Assembly: GCA_963693365.1 (NCBI GenBank)
Contig: CAVNZM010000003.1
Location: 9,189,019-9,253,018, forward strand
DNA length: 64,000 nucleotides
Source of the DNA: Amoebidium appalachense
Lineage: Eukaryota > Protista > Ichthyosporea
Direction of reading: 5' to 3'
A program made the position numbers and the translations under genes. Below, piece after piece: positions 42,716 through 54,284 of this stretch. The notes under the pieces were generated by a model. It was not told the DNA's origin. It saw nothing but the letters and a program-made list of their open reading frames with translations, and ran no database searches. Positions within the stretch are counted from its first letter, which is position 1. Every line of letters begins with the position of its first letter.

Positions 42716-45549
42716 GCTCCAACCAGAGTACTGTATGACGTCATCATATAAAAACGCCTGGCGCAGGGTCAGTTTTGCACGTGTTACTCTCTTTTTCTCA
42801 CCATTTTACCCTAACGTGACAGGGAACAAGCACATCACAAAAAAACCGTAGAAAAATTCTTGGCGGGGTAGTGGCTTAGTAAGTAATGGTAGGCATTCAA
42901 CGATTTTGAGCTTCAATTTACGGAGAACTTTGTAGTGTTTGCGCACCCCATGACTACAATAATTTCTCGGAATGCTTGTTGGTATGGCTTATTTTGCACT
43001 TTACGGGTTCTGGCACCGGGAGGCCATAGGCCTGAGCCAAGAAAAACGTCAAACTTGTTACAAATGCGTGCCAAAGATGCATACTTTAAACGTTCACGTT
43101 GTTGCTTTTGCACCACAGGTGCATTTTTCGTTTGAGAAACATTGACATCAGCTTTCAAATTCGTTTTTTTCGGTACACACACTTCAAATAACCCTTTTAG
43201 CATCTAGTTACCACAAACAGTTTCGAAGAAACGAATAAAAACCAAACAAATCACCCCTAATCCGAAAACGACAAATGAGTGTTGCGCAATGTACAGAAAC
43301 TGACCAGTGGGCAGAAGGTACTTTAACGTGTAGTGTTTCTGCGTGATCGTACCGGGCCTGTGTTTGTGTTGACTTGGGTGCGTGTGCGTGGAGGAACACC
43401 ATGTGTGATGTGGTTTTCGAAGCATGCACGTGTTTGATCATTGCAGAGAAACACATTACACTTGATGCAGTAGGTATGTGTCTGGTGGCGTTCCCCTTTG
43501 TTCCTAAAGCAGAGAACGCATCTACCTTTTCTTTCTTTTCTGGCACGCTGGTGTCCGTGTAGAGCATGGGGGGCAGGAGCAGCAGGGGGAAGGGGGTATT
43601 CTAGTGCAGGCAGGTGGGGGTTGCATATGAGTGCTTCTGCTAGCTCACGCCTTGTGTCCATGCTCGTGTTTGTGGATTTGCCAAAGTATCTGTATGCAAA
43701 GTGTACGTTTGCTACTACAAACCCCAGAAGCCCCCCAAAGGTGCGGAGTTGGTGACGTTTAGTGCCCAAGGCTTCGTCCACAGAGCCGTTTAACATTCGT
43801 GTTTTGTTGAATATATCGGCCATGTTGTAGTTTTCGAAGTATTCTTCGACTGCTTTCGGTTGGGGGACGTCATTTCCGTTTCGTGATTTTCTCGGTTGAC
43901 CCGGCTGAGTACTTGAACATGAGGTGATCACTTTCATACTGTAGTTCTTGTTTCTCCATAACACCGCAACGAGGTCTACTCCGTCCACACTGCACACTGC
44001 CTCCGACCATACACCACGTCCTTCCTCACATAGAAGGTCCAAAATGTTGAGGGGAAAGTCTCTGGTTGCGGTTTTGACATTGAAAAGTGCGTAGAATCCG
44101 ATTTTGTACACTTCCCTTGTCCCGGTTACTGACCCAAACCAGCTGTCTCCGACGATCGTTCTGGGGTTACGGTGGGTGGGGTTGGCCCTTGGGGTTAGAA
44201 GACGCAAGGTGGTGCCTGTTCCAGCTCCCAACTGTCGGTACGGTTTGCTTGCCATCCTAACCGGGTTCGAATGTTCCAGCCATGTAAATCCACATACCCA
44301 ACCACCTAAGTAGCTCACCCGGGGTTAAGTCAACCCAATTTTTGTAACGTGCACGACCTACTTCGTTTGTGAGTGGAATGACTGCTGTGAAGAGATACTC
44401 CATAGGCATGAAGTGTTCAAACAAACACAGAACACTCTTGCGCTTGTTTAGTGCTAGTGGAATGGTTGGTTTTCTGCGTGGGCCTGTTCTTTTGTCAAGT
44501 ACTTGCTCATCTGGAATGGTCCATTGCAAGGTGCACGTGGGGTCGGTGGGGGTAGGTAACTCTACTTGTTCATCTACAAGTTCTATCTCATCTTCATTCT
44601 CACTGTCTGTGACAGGAATCTCTACTTGTTGGATGTCTCCATCTGGATCTTCGTCACTATCACTCTCTAGCTCGCTACTTGTGTGTTCACTGTCTTCTTC
44701 ATCTATTAAAGTTAGCTGATGGCGCAGAACTACTTCTGTGGTACCGTCAAAATCAAACTTTACTTTCCATTCACTGCCTTCGTTTGTCTTGCATCGTTTC
44801 ACTACTGTGCCAACCAGTATTTGTGTGTCCCAACTCAGGCCGAACTTCTTGTAAGACCAACGTGTGGTGTCATCTGAGAAATCTTCCCCCTGAACCCCGT
44901 CAAATATGTATGCAAAACAACAGACACGAGCTCCAGAATAAAGTGACTCTATTGGGTCTAATGTTTTGGCCATGTTGGGCGCTCATCTTTCACATGAAAC
45001 CCATGGCTTGTTGTGTTCGCGGACTCAGCAAGTTTCGTCCGTTTGATCATGAATCATGTTGTTGTCGAGCATGAATTCAAAAACTTGCAACAGCGTCGGC
45101 AACCAATAAAAGCTAGGGAAGGCCTTGTTAGTTACCGTACCAAAGACAAAAAAGGTGTAAACTTATGTTTTCTTACTGGCTGTACAAAAAAAAGCGGGCT
45201 CCTGGGCCCCAATAGCTCGCGGTATCCTTCCGAAACAAGCATTCCTAAAGTACTGCGGTCAGAGTACTTATGGCCGCTAAGTTCTCCGAGCATTCCGAGA
45301 AATTATTGTAGTCATGGGGTGCGCAAACACTACAAAGTTCTCCGTAAATTGAAGCTCAAAATCGTTGAATGCCTACCATTACTTACTAAGCCACTACCCC
45401 GCCAAGAATTTTTCTACGGTTTTTTTGTGATGTGCTTGTTCCCTGTCACGTTAGGGTAAAATGGTGAGAAAAAGAGAGTAACACGTGCAAAACTGACCCT
45501 GCGCCAGGCGTTTTTATATGATGACGTCATACAGTACTCTGGTTGGAGC
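42716..45549 (-). mobile_element. piggyBac-like element 1 (internally deleted), ~260-bp perfect TIRs, apparent AT target duplication
   Basis: 42713-42976 is the exact reverse complement of 45289-45552 by eye (264 bp). Ends read AT|GCTCCAACCAG...CTGGTTGGAGC|AT, with no TTAA. The element encloses a piggyBac-type transposase. Confidence 0.92.
43323..44973 (-). pseudogene. piggyBac-type (PGBD-like) transposase with an internal deletion and frameshift
   Basis: Frame 44257-44973 ends ...ELLRWLGMWIYMAGTFEPG*. Frame 43323-44318 resumes RMASKPYRQLGAGTGTTLRL...GDSWFGSV...ADIFNKTR and ends in a Cys-rich domain (CVLC...CIKC...LC...CFENH). Compared with element 2, about 126 aa including the first catalytic Asp (DESM) are missing at the junction near 44260. 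Confidence 0.88.
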
Positions 45550-45895
45550 ATTCATTCTGGGGGGTTCTGGGGGGGGGGGGTGCGGCATGCCAGGAGCTAC
45601 TACTAGAGAGAAGGGGGGGGTATGATTGGAGGGGGGGGGTGTTCAGCTAACCTTATATGGATAAAGCAAAGTTACAAGGATTCAAGCCATTGGTTGGGCA
45701 AGACCCCTTTTGCCGAATATGGATAACAGATCATACACTGCTGTAGGCGGCGGTCAGGAATTGGCGCGCTCTTTACTGGTCACAACCAGTCCGGGAAGGC
45801 CATGAGCAGCATTGCCGAGCACACTGGAATACGGGAATGTTTGCGGTAACGTAGTCGCACTAGGGGGGCAGGGGGCCAGGCCCCAAGTGTTTAAA

Positions 45896-47801
45896 ATGAA
45901 GCCAGGCTGCCCTAAGGGCACAACACAGCGCCCTGGGCATAAAACAGGCGGAGCTAGGGAGGGAGCTGGGCGCAAAAAAAAAGATGCTGCATTTGTTCAG
46001 CCTTTAGCGAACTTTGCAGGTTTTGGGACGGCAAACAAAGCTGTTTTGCAGGAACTAAACGTAAACGTACAACCCGAACAGCCCCCTCTATCTAAGGCCG
46101 CCGACATAAGGGCCCGTGTAGTTGAGGCAGGTAGCGTCCATTCGTTACCAAGAGAAATGGATCGGGCCCCTGCTCCACACCCACCAGACATACAGGTGCA
46201 ACCCGACGAGGAACCTTTGCTAAATGCAGCAGCAGATGCGTACCGGGTAGACGAGGATGAAGGGGAGGAAGAGGGAGAAGATAATACGGACGGGGATGAC
46301 GGTGGAGAGGAGTTTTCTGACGCGGCGGGCGAAACAATCAAGTCGCACCTGCACACAGTGAAAGAGAGTCTCAAAGATGAGAAGACGCCTGTGGGGTGGC
46401 ATCTTCCACCTCCCATTATAGGCTTTAAATTTGGGGGCGATCCAGCGCCTTTCTACAAACCCAGATGTTTTGCCTGGCTTCCGGAAAGGTTGTCTCCCGG
46501 TTTCATGGTGCCGTGCCCCTTCGATGATCACTACGTGGACCCCCACAACCACCCCAACCCACACCGTACTTCTCGCAATGGGTTCATGAGCAACCCCGTA
46601 GGACGGCGTGTTATCGACTTTGACAGCTGCTACTACATTATCACGGCCCGGTACTTTTGTGACACATGCAAAAAAAACTTTGCCGGCACAAACCCCCAGA
46701 CAATTAAACGCCTTCCACTCTTCATGCGTGATCAGTTTCCGGCCTACCTTAGCCACCGCAGTGGGCTCGACCTAAAGGTGGTAACATTGTTGCGTGCACT
46801 GGCAGACAAAGGTGTGGGCCCAAACGCCTTTGCCACCCTCCTCTCGGAGCTCCACAAGCAGCGATACGACGAGCAGCGGCTCCTGTATTACTCGAGGGCG
46901 CTGCATTGGACCAAGTATGAACTCAAAAAGCGTAACGATTTCCGCCCCCACGACCAGCGCCTGACAGAACTTCCCCCAGAGGAGCAGGCGGCTAAGTTCT
47001 CGGCGTTTGGTGACAAAAATGGTTACGCTGGACATGTGCCTTCAGGCAAGTGTGCACTGCATTTTGGGTGTGTAAATGGTCCCCATTGTTTTGTATGCAC
47101 GTGCTTGGGCATTTTTTGGGTTGGCTTGGTAGGGTTTTGTTTTATTATTTTTTATTTTTTTTTTAGGGGGGGGGGGGGACTTGGAAATGGGTTTTGGAAG
47201 TGTGGTCAATAAGTTTCTATTATGGTGGTGGTGGATGTGTGGTGGTGGATGTGCGCCTGTGAGTGTGCGTGTACTTGTGGGTCCGTGTGTGTGTGTGTGT
47301 GTGTGGGGGGGGTGGGGGGGGGGGGGGGGGGGGGGGGAGGGGGGACATGGTGATGGATTAGGTGGTGGTGGTGGCAATCAGTCATGGTGGTGGTGGTGGT
47401 GGTGGTGGTGGTGGGGGGGGGGGGGGGGGGGGGGGGGGGGGAGGGCAGAGGGATCATCAGAGGGGTGAAAGCATAACGGTCCATGTACCAGTGAGTGTGC
47501 TTGGGAAATCGTGGAGAACTGTTATGCCTGAAATTAGATGGTGGGTGTGCGCATGTGTGTCTGTGTGTGTTGGGGGAAAGGAGGTGGAGAGCGGGGGGGG
47601 GGGGGGGGGGAGGGCACATGGTGGTAGACTGGATCTTGGTGGCGGTACTTAATGGTTATTATAGTAGTGGCAGGAGGGTGTGGGGGGAAGGGCAAACGGA
47701 CGTGCAGGGGACAAACTGCAGATGGGGCACAAAGGGGAAAGAAGGTGAAAGTTGGTGCAATGACTTGGAGGGTTTGCGCGCGCCGGGAGGGGGGGGGGGG
47801 G

Positions 47802-47836
<35 letters not shown>

Positions 47837-48532
47837 AACGGCCGGAGATGGGTGTGTAGCGTTTTTGAGATGGGAAAAGCCATACAGACTTACGAAAATA
47901 CAGAGAGGTGAGATGAACACGAGGGACTAGAGGGAATGGGGGGGATGGTCCTGATGGGAGGGTGGTGGAGTTCTAACAGTACTTGGGGTTCAGGCAAATA
48001 CCTGAGTGCCGTGTATACTGAGTTCAGCGACCGCACGGCAAAGTACCAGAGCCTGGACACGCAGCTCAAGCCCGTAAACAACGTGCTCAAGGCCGACCAC
48101 ACCTTCCAAATTGGGAAGCTCACCGGCATCAATGGGGAGCCTCTGTACCGAGGCCTATGGACTTGTGTAAACGAGCTTGGCGGTGTGTGGTCCCTCCTCT
48201 TCTCCCCCCTCCCCCCACTCTCCCCCAGGCCCCCTTCCCCCCCTCCCCCCCCCCCCCCACACACGCCCCCACCCCCCCCCCCCCCCACACACACACACAC
48301 ACACACGCCCCCCTCCCCCCCTCCCCCCCTCCCCCCTCTAGGGCCTTTAAATCTCTTAGGCTCCACATTTAATGAGGTGGCACACTGTGAGTAGAGGTTT
48401 GTAGTATGTGGGTTTTGGGGACAATTCTTGCCCTGTCGAGCAAAAACTAGGAAGCTCCAGATATGTGTGTATGTGTTTTTGCTGGGTAGAGATTGGGGTG
48501 GGCTGGGGTGGAGCTTTCTTTTGGCGGGGAAT

Positions 48533-48603
<71 letters not shown>

Positions 48604-51299
48604 AGCTTCTGCCAAGCAGAATGGGAGTAGGGGCCAGTGATTGCAAGGGATGCAGGGGGGGGGGGGGGGGGGGGGGGGGAGAGACACCACCGTCGGAGTT
48701 GAAGGTAGAGAGGGCAAGAGGCCCGGGGTGGGGTGGGGGGGGGGGGGGGGGGGACAGTAGGTGCCATATGGAGGGCTGTCCCATGGTTTGGGGGGAGGGG
48801 GAGTGGGGAAGGATCGTGGGCACATGGGTTTGGGGGGAAGGCAGAGAGGGGGAAAGGATTGTGATCACAAGGGTTTAGGGGGAGGAAGGGGGAAGGATTG
48901 TAGGTACATGGGTTTAGGGGGGAGGGGGGGGGGGGAAGATTTTGGGGGAAAGGGAGGCCTGGGGAAAGTATGTGGGCACATGGGTTTGGGGGGAAGGAGG
49001 GGGAAGGGTTTTGGGGGAGAGGGAGGGGAAAGTATGTGGGCACATGGGTTTGGGGGGAGGGAGGGGGAAAGGATTGTGTGGGCACTGAAGTCTCGTGAAG
49101 GGCCATGTGGTAAGGGAAGCTAGAACATGCATGGCCGCTCGGAGATGCCCTCTCACACAGTGCGGCACCCCAGAGATCCGGGCGCAGGTATTTACACGGG
49201 ACTGCAGCCACCAGGAGATTGAGCCCGTGATCCAGCGCATCTCTGCCACCACGGCGGCGCTCAACAGCAAGGGCCCGGCCTTCTTCTACACAGATCGGTG
49301 CTGCCAAGACCGGGCGTTTGTTGAGCGCATGTTTCCAACCCTAGCCCGGCCAAAATGCCCCGTCCGTCTGAACGAGGCTGCGCTGGTAAGCGTGACGGAC
49401 GGTCTGCCTGGGCTGGAGCTGCCGGCCAACTACCCTAAGCCGGTGTACACCGACTGCCAGGGGGCGGTGGTGGCTACAGCGGCCATTCGTGCCGACCTGG
49501 AGGGGCAGCAGCACCGCGTGGTGGGGCTGGACTGCGAGTGGGTCTATCGGGTGGGCCAGGCGCGGTCCAAGGTTTGCACGCTGCAGATTGCCACCGCACG
49601 GGCCGTGTACATCTTCCACTTGGCACGCATGGGCCCCAACCACAGCCCGCCCGCGCGGCTGGTGGACGAGCTGATTGCGCTGCTTAGGGACCCCAGCATC
49701 ATCAAGGTGGGCAAGCAGATCGGCACGGACTCGGCCCACCTCAACAAGGACTACGGCACCCCTGTGGCCAGCTATCTGGAGCTGGGCCGGTTCTGCTATG
49801 CCCGTGCAGCTATCACCTCTGCGGCCCGGGGCTTGGCCGACATCACTGCCCAGGTCATAGGCAAGAAGCTGCCCAAGCCGGCACTTGTTCGATGCTCCAA
49901 CTGGCACGAGCCGCTATCAGAGGTGCAGGCCACCTACGCTGCCCTTGATGCATATGCGTCCCTGCAGGTCTACTCGGCCGTGGTCGATAGGCCAAACCTG
50001 TCAGGTGTGTATCCCACCTGCTTTTTGCCCCAGTGCTTATGTGCTTATGCCAGATATAGAAAGATTGTGGGCCCCCCAGAGGAGAGGGGAGGGGGGGAGG
50101 GGGGGAGGGGGGGGGGGGGGGGGGGGGGGGGTGGCTGACCACATGGGCCAGTGTTCCAGTTGTGTTATGCTGGGTGTCGGGTGGCTATCAAAGGAGGGGG
50201 TGATTGGTGGTGGTGGTGGTGGTGGTGGGGGGGGGGGGGGGGGGGGGGGGGGGGCTATAGCACTGTTAACACGTGCAAGTGCCACACAAGCTGGGCACTG
50301 GGAGAGGGGGGGGGGGAGGGAGAAGGGGGGGGGGGGGGGGGGGGGAAGGGGGTTGCTAAGGAATATGCATTTGATTTTTGTGGAGCGAAGAGAAAAACGT
50401 TGGTGCTGTGGCTTTTTGGCTGAGTTTTTTGCTTCCCTCTATGACATGCAGCGCGGCTTCATGCAAAGGCACTCGGTGAAGGGGTTGAGATTGTGCCCCG
50501 GCGGGGCCCACATGCTGCAGCAGCCACCGGGGTGGTGCTGGCTGTGCAGCCGGAGCGCTGGGGGGGCATGAAGGTGGGCAAGAAGCATGCAGTGGTGCGG
50601 GTGGATCAGGTGCTGTCGCCGGCCATGCAGGTGCCCTTTGGCCCCGACAAGGGCAAGACCCTGGGAGAGCTGGGCCCGCCGCCCTTTGAGCTGATGGTGC
50701 ACCTGCAGTGGCTACGGCCCATTCAGCCCCCACCGGACCCAGGTGCCGAGGTGCCGGTGGTCCCTGACCCAGCCCCTCCCCCTGCCAGTCCTCCCCCTGC
50801 CGAGCAGCAGCAACCCCTTGCCGGCCCACAGGCACCCCCCCAGGACCCCCAGGCAGCCCCGGGGGGCCTTGAGGCAGCCCCAGGGGGACCCGAGGCAGCT
50901 CCCAGAGAGGGCATGTTGGGCCAGGCACCGCCTGGGGAGGTGGTGTGGCAGACTGTGCTGAATGACGCCTTCCACTCCATTGCAAACACGGCGGACGGCA
51001 CGTACAAGTCACACCCCCGCAGGGCTGAGTACGCACGCGCACTCAGCGAGGCAATATTTGTGTGGAATGAAGAGGATTACGGACATGTGAAGGTGCCCCC
51101 CCCCCCTCCCCCCCCCCCCCAAAATAAAAAATAAAAAATAAAAATAAAAAAAACGGCAACAACAACATGCGTGACTGACGCGCACACACACATACACTCG
51201 TTAGCACACACTCACCATTCCACCCACAACCATGCACACCTTCGACAAAACTTCTGAGGGAAGAGAGAGAGCCTGAGCCTCAGAGAGAGGGGGGGGGGA

Positions 51300-51333
<34 letters not shown>

Positions 51334-51926
51334 GGGGGGGGGGGAGGGGGGGGGGAGGAGAGTGGGGGTTATTCATATGCCTAGAGAGAAATAATGTAGG
51401 GTTGTGGGGGGAAATAGCCACATGCATTTTTTACTTGTGTTGGGGGAGAAGATGGGGGGGGTGGAGGGGAGGGGTCCTACAATAACGGCAGGTATCAAAG
51501 TCTACCAAACCCAAATTGCAGTGTGCGTAGTAAATTAATATTGGCATCCTGCCTCACAGGGGGTGCTGGAGCAGAAGGGCATCGACATTGAAACCGAGCT
51601 CAAGGGCGGCGACCTGAGCTACTTCATGGAGCGCATCCGGCGGGTTATTCCCGACCCATACACGCTGGTCTCGCGGCTGGTGGAGTTCAAAAACACCTAC
51701 AAGGATGTGCCGCCCGGACCGGATGGCAAGCCTCTGTTCAAGAAGGATGGCTTTGAAAGACTCGAGGCAACATCCCCCCCCCCCCCCCCCCCCCCTCCCC
51801 TGCAGGCGCCCAACAACTCCACCACCACAGAAAAGATTCTTCGCTTATTTGTCATCCTTGGTTCATCTGCACACACACGCACACCCTAGCCTCCCCCCCC
51901 CCCCCCCCCCCTCCCCCCCCAAACAT

Positions 51927-51996
<70 letters not shown>

Positions 51997-52080
51997 CCCG
52001 CACGGCCCTTGCTGCCTAGCCAGTTGTTTTTTGCCTTTCCCTGCTCGTTTTTTTCCTTAGCAACCCCATCCCCCCCCCCC

Positions 52081-52111
<31 letters not shown>

Positions 52112-53782
52112 ACACACACATACACACACACTACCACCACCACCACCCACCCATCTCTCTGATGTTTGCTTGTGCCCCCACAGTCGCTGCTCGAACACGC
52201 CCAAAATGGCTGTCTGTCGGACCCCCCCGGCCTGCCCCTCTACTACGAGACCACTGCCGACGCAGATGGGCTCATGCGCTACCGCTGCATCCGGGGCACC
52301 AACGAGGTGGAGGGGGCAGTGCACAACCCCCTGGCCACCCACTTTGGGGCCACACGCATGTCGCTGCGCCTGCTGGACGCCACCATGTCCAATAGGCGCC
52401 ACCGCCACAACCTGCGTGCACACTACCGCAACCGCCTGGGCCAGGCATCGGGGCCCCCCCACTACAGCCCCTGGATTGTTGACGACATGGAGGCACTGGC
52501 GCTGATGCTGTACGGCCATCACCTCGACCCCCAGTGGGTACCCGTAGGCTGCTACAAGCTACCGGAGGAGTACTTCAACTTTGCCCCGCTCTCCTGTGTG
52601 GCCAATGCCCCGGCGCAGGAGCCAGTTGCGGTGCCCGCACCCCCACCTCCGTCTGATAACATCGAGCCTGCAGCCAATGGCGTGATGGGCGGGCCAGAGG
52701 ACTGTGAGGTCGAGGAGGGTGACGGTGCTGCCATGGGGGGGGGCAACCAGGTGGCGCGTGGTGCACCACAGCCGGACCCTGCACTGAGGGGCGACTACAA
52801 GTTCCTGGCGCAGAAGCAACATGTGGCCATCCCCTTCCTTCCGGTGCTTACCCCTCAGGAGCGCAAGCTATTCAGCACGCTGCTCCTGGGCACCTACAAG
52901 GCACATGCAAAGCCCAACGGCCAGCTGTTCGAGGCTTTGGCCCAAGACTTCAACAAGGCTGCCTCTGTGGCTGGGGGAATCTACATGAAGGATGCGGCCT
53001 ACATCAAGAAGCATTTCGACAAGTGGAAGACCTGGCAGACGGCACATGCACAGCGCTCCACACACGAGGGCCTGGCAGATCACCGCAAGCGTATGCGCGA
53101 GGAGAGGGCAGACGCTGTGCCAGCAACCATACGGCCTGCCCCCTTGCCACCCCTCCCTGTTCCAGACGGTGTCGATGCAGGGGCGCAGCGTGAGCGGCCC
53201 TTGCCCATGCTAGTGGGCAAAAAGCATCGCAACATTGGCCCTGAGGGGCCCCTGCAGATGGATTTGCCGGTGCCCCCTCCTATGCAGCCACCCCAGAGAG
53301 CCCCCAAGACCTGCAAGACGTGTGGCCGCCAGGGCAAGGGCTGCCCCGGCTCCAATCGGGCCAAGAGCTGCCCACGTTGGGTTGCAGCCAATCAGGATGC
53401 CATGCCACCAGCACCCGCGCTTGACATGCAGCAGGGCCATGTGCCGCACATGCCCCCTGCACCCCATCCAGGCCCGCACCACCCACATGGCTGGCCCCCA
53501 CCGTGGGGCATCATGCCGCCTCAGCCCGGCCCTGCCTTCCCCATGCCTGGGCTACTGCCGCAGCACGGTCCCCATCCTTACTTGGGCCATGTGGGCCAGC
53601 CCTCGGCTGGTGGGCAGTTCCCACCCCCTTCTCGTGCATCTGCTGTGCTGGGCCTGGCGTTGCCACCTGCTGGAGAGACGCAGCTGCAATGGCACGATCG
53701 AAAGCAAAGTAATCGTGGCCGCAAGTCTGCAGGCAGCCAATCAGGATCTCAGAGTAGTCAGAGTAGCCAAACTAGTGTCTAA
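45896..53782 (+). CDS. Zisupton/KDZ-like (DUF6729-type) DDE transposase with embedded WRN-like 3'-5' exonuclease, 6 exons, ~1538 aa
   Basis: Exons 45896-47045, 47994-48182, 49174-50004, 50452-51092, 51560-51766 and 52184-53782 sum to 4617 nt in one open frame. Motifs: GGAREGAGRKKK, RRVIDFDSCYYIITARYFCDTC, LP...QFPAYLSHRSGLD, KADHTF (D), FYTDRCCQD (D), exonuclease GLDCEW/IGTD/YAALDA, DAFH, LSDPPGLPLY...YRCIRGTNEVEG (E), and a C-terminal CKTC-x6-C-x8-C. Confidence 0.88.
48781..49085 (+). repeat. G-rich ~35-40-bp minisatellite in transposase intron 2
   Basis: About 7-8 degenerate units of GGGCACATGGGTTTGGGGGGAGGRAGGGGAAAGGATTGTGT. Confidence 0.85.
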
Positions 53783-54104
53783 TATTGGAATGTACACCAA
53801 TGTAACGGATCTCATATGTGTTGTAGTGCTTCAAGTTATACCTGTTCTTCGTACAGTCATGTTAGGGGGGGGAGGGGGGGGGGGGGGGGGGGGGGGGGCT
53901 AGCTTTCATTCCGAAGTTTACTGTAAAGAATTAAAATTTAGAATCTGAGTAATAGTACAGAGCCTTTGCACTTTTCTCTGTTTGTTAGGAATTCTTTGTG
54001 ATCGAGAGTATGGTGTGTTAGACTATTGGTGTTAATGTGTCCTGGAAGGTGTATAATGTCTGCTGGCCGTAGTCAGTATCTATTTTTAGGTATATAGTAT
54101 ATTT

Positions 54105-54224
54105 TTAAATGTTGGCCGCTGGCCAATAAATAGCAAATAATAAACACACGATAAAGTCAACAGCGTGCCAAAAAACTAATCCCCAGCGAGCGCACCCAGT
54201 GATGTGTGTGTGTGTGTGTGTGTC

Positions 54225-54284
<60 letters not shown>

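Noticed and set aside
45997-46756. Antisense ORFs over transposase exons (also 49341-49907, 50356-51042, 61927-63439)
   Set aside because: They are shadows of GC-rich coding sequence on the opposite strand.
49095-50138. Stand-alone WRN/EXD2 exonuclease gene
   Set aside because: The exon begins with transposase motifs (EIRAQ...FYTDRCC) and splices in frame to DDE exons on both sides. No helicase domain is present.
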